Origin: Puniceicoccales bacterium
GTDB lineage: Bacteria; Verrucomicrobiota; Verrucomicrobiia; Opitutales; UBA953
Direction of reading: 5' to 3'
DNA: 64,000 nucleotides
Assembly (NCBI GenBank): GCA_031256995.1
Contig: JAIRPL010000022.1
Location: 1-64,000 of the forward strand
How positions within the stretch are numbered: the first letter of the stretch is position 1; each line of letters opens with the position of its first letter. The notes below the pieces were generated by a model. The model saw nothing but the letters and a program-made list of their open reading frames with translations. It did not search any database and was not told the DNA's origin. A program made the translations under genes and the position numbers. Below are positions 30,473 through 41,700 of the stretch, piece after piece.

Positions 30473-32623
30473 ATGATTAACACAGTATGGGGCAGCACAG
30501 ATAAGCCTGTTGCGAGCAAGCAGCTCGCACAAATCCTCAGCGCTGAGGCGGACCTCGACGGAACTCTTTACATCGGCTATCCAATCATTGGCACCCCTGA
30601 AGGCTCGTTTCCAATAGACGCTCTGCTCATTTCGCCTAGCAAGGGTTTAGTTTTGATCAGTCTCGTGGAGGGCAAGGTCCTTCCCGACTATGCGGAGATC
30701 CAAGATGAAGCGTTTAACAAAATGCGGTCAAAGTTACTTCAACATCAGGCGCTGATTCGAAGGCGTGATCTTCAGGTAAAGCCACAAACTCTCACTTTTG
30801 CACCGGCGGTTGCACAACTTCCTGACTGCGAGAAAGACGGAGGCCTAGTGTGCAATACTGACACCCTCCTCTCCGCCATTGGCAATCTCGAAGATTTCAA
30901 TGCTGAGTTCTACAAACCACTGGTTTCTGTAATTCAGGCGATATCGACACTCCGGAGGGGCCGAAAGAAGCGCGAGTTACACAGCCAAACCTCGAGAGGT
31001 TCAAAGGTGAAAGCCTTGGAGGAATCCATCGCCAATCTGGACAGCCAACAAAGTGCAGCAGTTGTTGAAACTTATGAAGGAGTTCAGCGCATTCGCGGGC
31101 TTGCCGGATGCGGAAAGACAATTGTCCTGGCGCTTAAGGTTGCATATTTGCATGCGCGCCATCCGGACTGGCTCATCGCCGTCACATTCAACACGCGCTC
31201 TCTTAAGAAGCAGTTTGAGAATCTCATTACAACCTTCGTTCTGGAGCAAGCGAACGAAGAACCCGATTGGGAGAAGGTCCGAATTATCAACGCTTGGGGT
31301 GCACCGGGCGGCAAAGAACGCACAGGTATTTATTACGAGTTCTGCCGTGACCACGGGGTGGAGTATTCCGATTTTGGTCCCGCCAAAGCGCGCTATGGAT
31401 CAAACAAAGCATTTGAGTCAGTCTGCGACATCGCCCTCCAAGGCGTGAAACAACTTGCGCCGAAATACGATGCGATTCTTGTAGATGAAGCGCAGGACTT
31501 TGCGCCCAATTTTTTGCTGCTCTGTTATGAATACCTCAAAGAGCCGAAGCGGCTCGTATATGCATACGATGAGCTCCAAAACTTAGGCAATAGATCACTT
31601 CCCCCGGTTGAAGATATCTTTGGTAAGAATACAGATGGAACACCTCGTGTCGTTATTCACCCCGCTGAGGCCGGAAAACCTAAGCAGGACATTATTTTGG
31701 ATACTTGCTACCGAAACTCTCGACCAGTCCTTTCAACTGCTCATGCACTCGGATTTGGAGTGTATCGAGACAAGGGGCTCGTCCAAATATTCGAAAATAA
31801 AACTCTCTGGTTTGATATTGGTTATGAAGCAAAAGAGGGCGAAATCGATGACGGAGAACTTGTCACGCTACGTCGCACGCCAGATTCAAGTCCCGATTTT
31901 TTGGAGAGACATTCTTCAGTCGAAGATTTGATCCGTTTTGAAGTCTTTGACTCGGTAGAAGAACAAACTGCATGGCTCGTTGCTGAGATTAAACGTAACT
32001 TGGTAGAGGAAGAGTTAATCCCTGATGACATCGTCGTGATTAACCCCGATCCACTCAAAACCAAGGATGCAGTCGGACCTGCGCGGCAAATGCTCATGCG
32101 GGAAGGAGTGAATTCCAACCTTGCTGGTGTGACGACTATTGCGGATGTCTTCACCGAGCCTGGGACCGTGACTTTTACAGGGATATACCGCGCCAAAGGT
32201 AATGAAGCTGCAATGGTCTACGTGATAAACGCGCAAGACTGTTATGATGCGTTTTTGCCGCGAAATGTGGCACTTGTTCGAAACCGTCTTTTCACAGCAA
32301 TCACACGGTCGAAGGCTTGGGTTAGAGTTCTTGGGGTCGGGAAGACGATGGCCGCCCTGAAAGCCGAATACGAAAAGGCAAAGGCTGCGAATTTCGCTCT
32401 ACATTTTCGCTACCCTACTGAGGGGGAGCGTAAAACCATGCAAACCGTAAACCGGGACATGTCGAAAGCTGAGCAGGAGCGAAGCACTAGACGTCGCATA
32501 AATTTCGCGGAAATAATCGAATCGTTGGATTCAGGCGAAAGCATTCTAGAGGACTATCCCGACGAGCTTGTCAAAAAATTGGAGGCTCATCTAGCGAGGA
32601 AATCCAAACATAAGCGGAAATGA
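30473..32623 (+). CDS. NERD-like N-terminal domain plus SF1-type helicase-like ATPase (DUF2075-like); candidate defence helicase
   Basis: N-terminus LYIGYPIIG...IDALLISPSKGLVLIS (NERD-like); Walker A GLAGCGKT; DEAQ box ILVDEAQDF; C-terminal helicase motif CYRNSRPV. Region is ~50% GC versus ~65% in the flanks. Confidence 0.7.
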   Translation: MINTVWGSTDKPVASKQLAQILSAEADLDGTLYIGYPIIGTPEGSFPIDALLISPSKGLVLISLVEGKVLPDYAEIQDEAFNKMRSKLLQHQALIRRRDLQVKPQTLTFAPAVAQLPDCEKDGGLVCNTDTLLSAIGNLEDFNAEFYKPLVSVIQAISTLRRGRKKRELHSQTSRGSKVKALEESIANLDSQQSAAVVETYEGVQRIRGLAGCGKTIVLALKVAYLHARHPDWLIAVTFNTRSLKKQFENLITTFVLEQANEEPDWEKVRIINAWGAPGGKERTGIYYEFCRDHGVEYSDFGPAKARYGSNKAFESVCDIALQGVKQLAPKYDAILVDEAQDFAPNFLLLCYEYLKEPKRLVYAYDELQNLGNRSLPPVEDIFGKNTDGTPRVVIHPAEAGKPKQDIILDTCYRNSRPVLSTAHALGFGVYRDKGLVQIFENKTLWFDIGYEAKEGEIDDGELVTLRRTPDSSPDFLERHSSVEDLIRFEVFDSVEEQTAWLVAEIKRNLVEEELIPDDIVVINPDPLKTKDAVGPARQMLMREGVNSNLAGVTTIADVFTEPGTVTFTGIYRAKGNEAAMVYVINAQDCYDAFLPRNVALVRNRLFTAITRSKAWVRVLGVGKTMAALKAEYEKAKAANFALHFRYPTEGERKTMQTVNRDMSKAEQERSTRRRINFAEIIESLDSGESILEDYPDELVKKLEAHLARKSKHKRK

Positions 32624-33285
32624 CTCCTCAACAAACCATCAAACAGATAAACGATCTTACGGAGGCGTTCGTTGGGTTGAGCCTTTCGAATGAACAGAAC
32701 TTTCTGGCGACGTATGGCAATACCAACGGGCCTTTCGAGATCACAGTCAGTAACGCCGCTGGTATGTCCGTAGCATTGAAGAACGTCGCTTACAGAGACA
32801 TCTACGTTGAACTCGAAAAGGCGCGATGCTTCAACATTAAGATGCTGGACGGAGCATTGATTACACTTCGCTACCGGTTCCAAGAGGGGGCGATCACTGA
32901 ACATTCATTATCCTATTTCCCATCGCCTGACCTTGAACATTTCCAAAATGACCCGGAGGTGTACTTGGAAGACGAGATCTACGCGGATGTGATCGCTCGA
33001 AATATCGTTCCCTTTCCCGTCCGTTTCGACTTTAGTAACGATGCCAGGAAATTTGTGGATATTCACCATCCGTATTCTCACCTCACGCTTGGCCAATATA
33101 AAAACTGTCGAATACCCGTCTGTTCCCCACTTGGGCCTCTTGTATTCGGAGGGTTTATCTTGCGAAACTTCTACAACACAGCCTTCCGGAAATACTCGGA
33201 GAAGATCCCTTCGAGCGTACTTTTCTTCCCCAAAACGATCACGGTAAACGAATGCAAAATTCCTCACGTAGTTTGCGGCATGTAG
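32620..33285 (+). CDS. hypothetical 221-aa partner of the upstream helicase (possibly DUF2290-like)
   Basis: Start overlaps the helicase stop (ATGA) and shares its lower GC. No motif recognised by eye. Confidence 0.5.
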   Translation: MTPQQTIKQINDLTEAFVGLSLSNEQNFLATYGNTNGPFEITVSNAAGMSVALKNVAYRDIYVELEKARCFNIKMLDGALITLRYRFQEGAITEHSLSYFPSPDLEHFQNDPEVYLEDEIYADVIARNIVPFPVRFDFSNDARKFVDIHHPYSHLTLGQYKNCRIPVCSPLGPLVFGGFILRNFYNTAFRKYSEKIPSSVLFFPKTITVNECKIPHVVCGM

Positions 33286-33329
33286 TCCACCAATATCCCT
33301 AACCGGAGATCTGAAAAAACAAACAACCC

Positions 33330-33806
33330 ATGAGCACCAGGCTTTACCAACTCAACGCCCAAGACTGGTCGCCCGAGACTTTCCGCTACGAAATCTGGGA
33401 GGGCAAACCGTGGCATTGGCGCTACGGCAAGAAACTCGCCAAGGCCCTGCCTGAGACCGGCGACACCATCGTTTTATTCTACGCACCCAGCGGTTGCGAC
33501 GATCCCGGTTTCTACGGATGGGCCGTGCTCGAACGCTGTCACGCCGAGAGCCAGACGCTCTACTTCCTCCCCGCCACCCCGACCAACCACCTCAAAATGG
33601 ATCCGTGGTGGAACGAGGACGCCAAACGCCTCGTGGACGCCATCCGAGGCAAGATGACCCAAGCCACGCGTCGATACAAATTCCACCCGCCGCCTCCGCG
33701 CCGGCCTTCGTCGCTGGCTTGCCGGTTTATAGTTATGGTAATTTCACGCTCTGCCACTCAGCCATGTCTTACGATCCCTCTCCTTCCCTCAATCTCCTGC
33801 GCATAG
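33330..33806 (+). CDS. small EVE/PUA-like protein; C-terminal ~40 codons may be a non-coding read-through
   Basis: GDTIVLFYAPSG...GFYGWAVL resembles the EVE-domain motif GDxVxFYHS...IVGIAEV. Overlaps the RecQ start by 43 nt. Confidence 0.4.
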   Translation: MSTRLYQLNAQDWSPETFRYEIWEGKPWHWRYGKKLAKALPETGDTIVLFYAPSGCDDPGFYGWAVLERCHAESQTLYFLPATPTNHLKMDPWWNEDAKRLVDAIRGKMTQATRRYKFHPPPPRRPSSLACRFIVMVISRSATQPCLTIPLLPSISCA

Positions 33807-35842
33807 GCACCCAAAACCCTCAAGCGGTCTTCCGCGACGGCCAGGAGGATGCCATCCGCCACATCGTGGAAGGTCGCGGACGGTTGTTGGTCATGCAAAA
33901 AACCGGCTGGGGCAAGAGTTCGGTCTATTTCATCGCTACCAAACTGCTGCGCGAGCAGGGTGCTGGACCGGCCATCCTCATCTCGCCCTTGCTGGCCCTC
34001 ATGCGCAACCAGATCGCCGCCGCCAGGCGCATGGGCGTGCGCGCCGTCACCCTCAACTCGGAAAACCAGGGCGACTGGACCGCCGTCGAGGCCGCGATTC
34101 AAAACGACGAGGTGGACATCCTGCTCATCTCCCCCGAGCGGCTGGCCAATCCTCATTTTCAAACCGACGTGCTCGCCCCGGTCGCCGCACGGGTGTCGCT
34201 GGTGGTGGTGGACGAGGCCCACTGCATTTCGGACTGGGGACACGACTTCCGCCCTCACTACCGGCTGATCGAGCGCATCCTGCGTTCGCTCCCGCCCAAT
34301 CTGCGGGTGCTCGCCACCACCGCCACCGCGAACAACCGCGTCCTGGAGGACCTGTGCACAATCCTCGGGCCAGCCTTGGAGATTTCACGCGGCGAGTTGG
34401 GGCGGCCTTCGTTGTTGCTCCAAACCATCCGTCTGCCTCGTCAGGAGGAACGGATGGCCTGGCTGGCCGCCCAGATACCGGCCCTTCCGGGCAGCGGCAT
34501 CATCTACACGCTCACCGTGCGCGATGCTGTGCGGGTGGCTGGCTGGCTGCAATCCCGCGGCATCGCCGCCGAAGCCTACAGCGCCGAAACCGGCGAACGG
34601 CGGGTGAAACTGGAAGACGCCTTGCTTGAAAACCAGGTCAAGGCCCTCGTCGCCACCACCGCGCTCGGCATGGGTTTCGACAAACCCGATCTCGCCTTTG
34701 TGATTCATTACCAGACGCCCGGCTCGGTCGTGGCCTATTACCAGCAGGTGGGACGCGCGGGACGTGCCATCGCCGCCGCGCATGGCGTGCTGCTGAGCGG
34801 GCAGGAAGAGACGAATATCACCGACTACTTCATCGAAAGCGCCTTCCCTTCGCGCACGGAGGTATCCGACGTGCTGGACGCCCTGCGCGCGGCGCCGGAC
34901 GGACTCTCGATCAACGAATTGATGGCCCGCGTAAATGTGAGCCGTGGCCGAATCGACAAGACGCTGCAGTTGCTCTCCCTCGAATCGCCTGCGCCCATTG
35001 CGAAAGATGATACCAAGTGGAAGTTAACCGCCGCCAATTTGGGCGAGGGTTTCTGGCAGCGCGCCGAACGCCTCACCACACTGCGCCGCGAGGAACAGAA
35101 GCAGATGCAGGATTACGTGGCGTTGCGCGAGGGCCACATGGACTTCCTTATCCGTGCCTTGGACGGCACGCCGACGGGGGCTCCCGGCCCACGGCTCGCG
35201 CCATTGCCAGCCACGGTGGACTCCGTACTGGTTGCCGAGGCGGTAGCCTTTCTCCGCCGCACCAGCCTGCCGCTCGATCCGCGCAAGCAGTGGCCAACAG
35301 GCGGACTTGCCGCGTTGGGAGTGACAGGCGGCAACATACCGCCAGATTTGCGCGCCAAACCCGGCAAAATGCTGTGCGTCTGGGGCGACGCGGGGTGGGG
35401 CGATCTGGTGCGCCGGGGGAAGACTCGCGACGGGCGTTTCGACGATGCCTTGGTCGAGGCGAGCGCGGCACTGGTCCGGTCTTGGTCGCCGCAGCCGGCT
35501 CCGGCCTGGGTGACGTGCATACCCTCGCGCCGCCATCCCGATCTTGTGCCCGGCTTTGCGCGTCGGCTGGCTGCCAGGCTTGGTCTGCCGTTTCATCCGG
35601 TGCTTGCCAAGACGGACGACCGCCCCGAGCAAAAGACGATGGCCAACAGCAGCCAGCAGGCCCGCAACATCGACGGGGCGCTGGCGCTCACGGCGCAGGC
35701 GCCCGCCGGTCCGGTGCTGTTGGTGGACGACATGGTGGATTCCAGGTGGACACTTACGGTTGCAGCCTGTCTTCTGGTTCAGGGTGGCAGCGGCCCGGTT
35801 TATCCTTTTGCCCTGGCCTCAACCGCCCACGCCGACGAATGA
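33764..35842 (+). CDS. RecQ-family DNA helicase fused to a C-terminal ComFC-like phosphoribosyltransferase (PRTase) domain
   Basis: RecQ motifs: [52 protein letters not shown], and Arg finger [10 protein letters not shown]. Winged-helix region. C-terminus [15 protein letters not shown]...[12 protein letters not shown]...[15 protein letters not shown] matches the ComF/PRTase PRPP-binding motif. Confidence 0.85.
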   Translation: MSYDPSPSLNLLRIGTQNPQAVFRDGQEDAIRHIVEGRGRLLVMQKTGWGKSSVYFIATKLLREQGAGPAILISPLLALMRNQIAAARRMGVRAVTLNSENQGDWTAVEAAIQNDEVDILLISPERLANPHFQTDVLAPVAARVSLVVVDEAHCISDWGHDFRPHYRLIERILRSLPPNLRVLATTATANNRVLEDLCTILGPALEISRGELGRPSLLLQTIRLPRQEERMAWLAAQIPALPGSGIIYTLTVRDAVRVAGWLQSRGIAAEAYSAETGERRVKLEDALLENQVKALVATTALGMGFDKPDLAFVIHYQTPGSVVAYYQQVGRAGRAIAAAHGVLLSGQEETNITDYFIESAFPSRTEVSDVLDALRAAPDGLSINELMARVNVSRGRIDKTLQLLSLESPAPIAKDDTKWKLTAANLGEGFWQRAERLTTLRREEQKQMQDYVALREGHMDFLIRALDGTPTGAPGPRLAPLPATVDSVLVAEAVAFLRRTSLPLDPRKQWPTGGLAALGVTGGNIPPDLRAKPGKMLCVWGDAGWGDLVRRGKTRDGRFDDALVEASAALVRSWSPQPAPAWVTCIPSRRHPDLVPGFARRLAARLGLPFHPVLAKTDDRPEQKTMANSSQQARNIDGALALTAQAPAGPVLLVDDMVDSRWTLTVAACLLVQGGSGPVYPFALASTAHADE

Positions 35843-37182
35843 CCGCTCCACTTTCCCTTAATACTCAGGCTATCCTGCTACTCACTGCTCCGCTGCTTGC
35901 GGGACGGCGTGAGGGCGTGGAGGAACTGCTCAGCCTCGGCGACTACAACCGCCTGGCGCGCAGCCTTCGTGAGGCAAAGCTTCAACCGGCTGATCTGCTC
36001 GGGACGAGACCGGCGGCGAAGGAAGCGATTGCAGCGGGGGCGAAATGGTTTGGCCTGCCCCGCTTGGAAAAGCTGCTGGCCCGCGGATTCTTGCTCAGCC
36101 AGGCGGTGGAGCGCTGGAGCAGTCGTGCGATCTGGGTCGTGAGCCGGGCCGATCCGGGATACCCCCGGCGCCTTAAGGCGAAGCTCAAGGAGGATGCCCC
36201 GCCCGTATTGTATGGCTGCGGCGACGCAACCCTGCTGAATGTCGGCGGTCTCGCAGTGGTGGGTTCGCGTCATATTGATGACGCCTTGATTGAATACGCG
36301 GAAAACACCGGGCGTCTCGCAGCCCAGGCGGGATTGGGCGTTATCTCAGGAGGGGCGAAGGGCATTGATCGCGCCGCCATGAGCGGTGGGCTCAAGGCTG
36401 GCGGCGTGGTGATCGGCGTGCTGGCAGACACTCTGGAACGGGCCGCACTGGCGCGCGATAATCGTGAAGCGCTCATGGAGCGCCAACTCGTGATCATTTC
36501 CCCCTACGATCCGGCCGCCGGCTTCAACGTCGGCCATGCCATGCAGCGCAACAAACTTATCTACGCGCTGGCAGATGCCTCTCTGGTGGTGAGCTCGGAT
36601 TACGAAAAAGGCGGCACGTGGACCGGAGCGGTGGAGCAGCTGGACCGGCTGCGCTTCGGCCCCTTGTTTGTACGCAGCGGAGCGGATGCCCCGACGGGGA
36701 ATCTGGCGCTCTTGAAGCGCGGCGCGATGCCTTGGCCTGAACCGGTGGATGCACCTGCCCTGATGCGCCTTCTGACCGAATCGCACGAGAGGGGAGCAAC
36801 CATCGCAGACCAGGAGGAGCTACCGTTGTCCTTGCACAAGGAGCAGGCTCCTTATGGACGGCAAGACTGCATCCCATTGCCCTCCGCAAACGAAACGCTT
36901 GCAACCCCGGCCGCCATTAAGTCGGCGCCGGTGGCGACCATGACTGCAAATTCAAGTTCCACAGTTTCGGCGGCCGTCCTGTGGCAATTGGTGCAAGAAT
37001 TGTTGCGCAGGGAACTCTGCGAGGCCTTGACCGAGGAGGAAATTGCCGCCCGGCTTGGGGTCAACAAGGCTCAAGCCAAAACTTGGCTCAAGGAGTTATT
37101 GGCGGCGGGAACGCTCGAAAAGGTGAAGAAGAGCAAGCCTGTGCGTTATAGGGTCGTCGGTGGTGACAGGCTCTCGTTGTAA
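35839..37182 (+). CDS. DprA/Smf-like protein (Rossmann DprA/SLOG domain plus C-terminal winged helix)
   Basis: [60 protein letters not shown] is the DprA signature. ATG overlaps the RecQ stop (ATGA at 35839-35842). Confidence 0.85.
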   Translation: MTAPLSLNTQAILLLTAPLLAGRREGVEELLSLGDYNRLARSLREAKLQPADLLGTRPAAKEAIAAGAKWFGLPRLEKLLARGFLLSQAVERWSSRAIWVVSRADPGYPRRLKAKLKEDAPPVLYGCGDATLLNVGGLAVVGSRHIDDALIEYAENTGRLAAQAGLGVISGGAKGIDRAAMSGGLKAGGVVIGVLADTLERAALARDNREALMERQLVIISPYDPAAGFNVGHAMQRNKLIYALADASLVVSSDYEKGGTWTGAVEQLDRLRFGPLFVRSGADAPTGNLALLKRGAMPWPEPVDAPALMRLLTESHERGATIADQEELPLSLHKEQAPYGRQDCIPLPSANETLATPAAIKSAPVATMTANSSSTVSAAVLWQLVQELLRRELCEALTEEEIAARLGVNKAQAKTWLKELLAAGTLEKVKKSKPVRYRVVGGDRLSL

Positions 37183-37199
37183 GATTCATCCTGAAGGAA

Positions 37200-38100
37200 T
37201 CAAACCATGATCACCAAAGACCAACTCGAACAACAGTGCCTCGGCGGTTCCGCGAAGGCGGCTGGGAAACAGTCTTCGGTCCCGACATCGCGCACGACGG
37301 CTCCGCGCCGGAGCGCGCCAGCTACCGCGAAGTTGTGCTCGTGCAGCGGCTTGCGCGCTCGCTGGCGCGGCTCAATCCGCAGGTGCCGTCCGCCGTGCTC
37401 GACGAGGCGGTGCAGCACGTGCTCAAGCTCGACCATCCTGTCGCCGCGCAGCGCAACCGCGACTTTCACCGCCTGCTGCTCGCCGGCCTGCCCGTGAGCT
37501 GGCGCGAGGGCGACGCGGTCGAACACGATGAACTGCGCCTCGCGCAATTTTCCACGCAGCACCTCGACACCAACGAATTTCTCGTCATCACCAGTTCGCG
37601 ATCAGAGGTCCGAACAAGACCCGTCGGCCCGATCTCGTCGTCTTCATCAACGGCCTGCCGCTCGCCATCATTGAGTTGAAAAATCCCGCCGACGACAGGC
37701 CGACATCTGGAAAGCCTGGCGGCAACTCCAAGCCAACAAGGAGGAGATTCCCGACATTTTTAACACCAACGAGGCCCTCATCATCAGCGGCGGGTTTACC
37801 GCCCGCGTTGGCTCCCTCACCGCCGACCGTGAGCGCTTCATGCCGTGGCGCACGATCAAAAACGAGGACGACAAGCCGGTCGTGGAATTTGAAATCGAGA
37901 AGATCATCCGCGGCTTCTTCGCCCGCGCGCTGTTCTTCGACTACCTCAAGCACTTCATCCTCTTCGGGCAGGACGGCGACCGGATCGTGAAGAAGATCGC
38001 TGGCTACCACCAGTTCCACGCCGTCCGCGAGGCCGTGCATGTGGCCGTGTTCGCCGCGCGGGAAACGGTTCGGGCTGGCGCGGGCCATCTGGCCGCATGA
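37200..38100 (+). pseudogene. hsdR: type I restriction enzyme hsdR, N-terminal nuclease-domain fragment split over at least 3 frames and lacking the helicase motor
   Basis: HsdR N-terminal collinearity across frames: MITKDQLEQQ..., then GWETVFGPDIAHDGSAPERASYREVVLVQRLA, then RPDLVVFINGLPLAIIELKNP, then ADIWKAWRQLQANKEEIPDIFNTNEALIISGG...FMPWRTIKNE... No helicase motifs follow. Confidence 0.75.
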
Positions 38101-38714
38101 TGCGATTGCTCCGGTGCCATCGTCCGAGTGCGTCCCCGGACCGAGGGCGTCCGGGGATAGGTGGGAGGGCTGCGTTGCCCGGAGCGTGTGAGGTTTTCAA
38201 AAACGCCCCCGCCCTCCGGATGGGCTGGGCGCGATCTTGTCGAGCTGGCGTTGCGTCCAGGCGGCTTCGTCGGCCCAGCCGTGTTTGTCATAAAAAGCCT
38301 TGAGGCCACGGCAGCGTTTTACCGGGTCGGACTCAGCGCGGTAATGAAGCGTCCCCAAGCAGACCGGGCAGGGACGCGAATGGCGCGCAGTTGCGCGGGG
38401 AGTGTTTTCAAGGCGAAGGCAGGCATTGCACGATCAGATTCACAAACGAGGTCGCCGCGTTCCCGCGTCGATTGCTCCATCGTTTTACGCCACAGCCCAC
38501 GTCTGCCCCCCCTGAGCGCCAGAAGCCTCCTGCGTCCGCAAAACCGTTCGGACGCGCGCCCGGGCGAATGCGATATCCGCGCCCGCCAGAATCGTGAGGC
38601 CGGAAAAGTGGCCCTCCCGATCCTCATGGCTTGCGGCGCATATGCCTTGCGCCTGACACTGCCAGGCGCATGGGATGCCTCATCTGCCGCAAGGAGGCAT
38701 TCCCTGAACTCAAC

Positions 38715-41700
38715 ATGTCCATTCCCAGTCTGCATAACTCATCGGGCATCCGTGATAACCACCACCGGGGGACCGTGGGCGATTTCCTGCGGGCGGAGCT
38801 TCGCGCCGGGGCGGAGCTCGACATCGTCACCGCCTACTTCACGGTCTTCGCCTACGACAGGCTTCGCGCCCAGCTCGACAACCTCGGCCGCATCCGGCTC
38901 CTCTTCGGCGAGGCCGCGTTCATCCGCAACCTCGACCCCGGGCGCAAGGAGGGCGCGGCCTGCGTCCTTCGCGACGACGGGATCGCCCCCGCCTCCGGCC
39001 TCAACCAGCGCCACATCGCCCAGGCTTGCGCCGCCTGGATTCGCGACAAGGTCGAGGTCCGCTCCGTCACCCGCACCGGCTTCCTCCACGGCAAGATGTC
39101 CCACATCCGCCGGGGCGAGGTCTCCGCCGCCATCGTCGGCAGCTCCAACTTCACCACGCGCGGCCTGGGTCTCGGCGCGGCCAACAACAACGTCGAACTC
39201 AACCTCGTCGTCGACGGCAACCGCGACCGCGCCGACCTCCAGCAGTGGTTCGAGGAACTCTGGAACGACACCTCGCGCGTCGAGGACGTGAAACAGGCCG
39301 TCCTCGACTACCTGCTCCAGGTTTACCGCGACCAGCCGCCCGAGTTCATCTACTTCAAGACCCTCTTCGAGGTCTTCCGCCGCTTCATCGACGAAGGCCG
39401 CGACATCGAGGAAAGCCTGCGGCGCATCCGGCTCCCGGAGACCGGGATCTGGAACTCCCTCTTCGCCTTCCAGAAAGACGGGGCCAAATCCGCCATCAAC
39501 AAGCTCAAGACCCACGGCGGCTGCATCCTCGCCGACAGCGTGGGCCTGGGCAAAACCTACGAGGCGCTCGCCGTCATCAAATACTTCGAGCTGCGCAACG
39601 AGAAAGTCCTCGTCCTCTGCCCCAGCAAGCTGCGCGGCAACTGGGACCTCTATCCCGCCCACTGCGCCAGCAGGCACAATCCCTTCGCGGCCGACCGCTT
39701 CGGCTACACCGTCCTCGCCCACACCGACCTCTCGCGCGAAGGCGGCGCGTCCGGCGCGGTCCAGGAGCTTCGCGACTTCCACTGGGGGGCCTTCGATCTC
39801 GTCGTCATCGACGAGTCGCACAACTTCCGCAACAACACCCTCGGCAAGCCCCGCGAGGACGGCGCCGAACGCCGCAGCCGCTACCAGCGCCTCATGCAGG
39901 ACATCATCCAGTCCGGCGCGCGCACCAAGGTCCTCCTCCTCTCCGCCACCCCGGTGAACAACTCCCTCGCCGACCTGCGCAACCAGCTCTCGTTCATCGC
40001 GGGCGGCGATGTCGCGCGCGACACCCCGGAGGGCCTGGCCGCCGACGCGTTCTTCTCCGGCAATCTCGGGATCCCCTCGCTCAGGGCGACCACCCGCGAG
40101 GCCCGGAAACGCTTCACCGAGTGGTCCAAAAAACCCGTCGAACAGCGCCAGAAAAAAGACCTCATCCACGTCCTCGGCGGCGACTTCATCAGGCTGCTCG
40201 ACGCCATCACCATCGCCCGCTCCCGGAAACACGTCTCCCGGCACTACCAGGCCGAGATGGCCCGGCTCGGCGGGTTCCCGGCCCGCACGCCGCCGGTTTC
40301 CCTGCACCCCGGGATCGACACCGCCGGCGAGTTCCCGCCCTACGACGTGATCGCGGAAAAACTCGCGGAATACAAACTCTGGGTCTTCCGCCCGGCCGAG
40401 CACCTCCGCGCCACCCTCCCGCCGGCCACCGTCGAGCACTACACCCGGCGCATCGGCGGGTTCACACAGCAAGGCCGCGAGCGCATCCTCACCCACATGA
40501 TGCGCATCACGCTGCTGAAGCGCCTCGAAAGCTCCATCGACTCCTTCCGCCGCTCGCTGGTGACCACCTTGGACAAAATCGACCGCCTCGAACAGCGCAT
40601 GGCCGCGTTCGAGACCCGCCGCGACGCCAATCCCGATCTCGACTTCGAGGCGCTCGCCCCCGAGGACGTCGAGGACGACGACCCCGAGCTGGCCGCCGCG
40701 CTCGAAATCGGCCGCCGCGTCACCTTCAAGATGGCGCACCTGGACCTCGACGCCTGGCGCGCCCGCCTCGCCGAGGACCGCCGCCAGCTCAACGGCCTGC
40801 TCAAGCTCGCCGAACCCGTCACCCCGGCCCGCGACGCCAAGCTCGCCGAACTGCGCGCCCGCCTCGCCGCCAAGATCCAGAACCCGCCCCTCGACAAGGA
40901 CGGCCTCCCCAACCGCAAGGTGCTCGTCTTCACCGCCTACGCCGACACCGCCCGCTACCTTTACGACAACCTGCACCGCTGGCTGCGCGAGGACCTTGGC
41001 ATCCACGCCTCCCTCGTCGTCGGCAGCGGCCGGAATGCGTCCACCCTCACGCCCGGCTCCGATTACACCGCGATCCTGACCGACTTCGCCCCGCGCGCCA
41101 AACGCCGCGCCGGCGACCCCGCCGCGCCGCAGGTGGACGTGCTCATCGCCTCCGACTGCATCTCCGAGGGCCAGAACCTCCAGGACTGCGACACCGTCAT
41201 CAACTACGACATCCACTGGAACCCCGTCCGCATCATCCAGCGCTTCGGCCGCGTGGACCGCATCGGCTCCCGCGCCACCGCCGTCCACCTCGTCAACTTC
41301 TGGCCCACCGCCCACCTCGACCGCTACATCAACCTCAAGCAGCGCGTCGAGGCCCGCATGGCCCTCGTCGATCTCACCGCCACCCAGACCGACAACCCCC
41401 TCGACGAGAAACAACTCGAAGATCTCGTCACCACCGACCTCCGCCTGCGCGACCGCCAGCTCGAACGCATGCGCAAGGAGATCCTCGACCTCGAAGACCT
41501 GGAGGACTCGGTGACGCTCGCCGACTTCTCCCTCGACGACTTCCGCGCCGACCTCCTCCGCTTCCTGGAGCTCAACCGCGAGCAGCTCGAAAAAGCCCCC
41601 CCCGGCCTCCACGCCGTCGTCCCCGCCCGCGCCGACCTCCCGCTCACCGCCGGTGGCGGCATCATCTTCTGCCTCCGCCAGAAAGGCGCCGCCGCCGCCC

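Noticed and set aside
33494-33763. N-terminal extension of the RecQ ORF (MRRSRFLRMG…)
   Set aside because: Arg-rich, non-RecQ-like, and overlaps the EVE-like ORF. RecQ homology begins at MSYDPS (33764).
28318-38100. Functional type I R-M system
   Set aside because: hsdM lacks the N-terminal domain and AdoMet motif I. hsdR is frameshifted in at least three frames and has no helicase domains.
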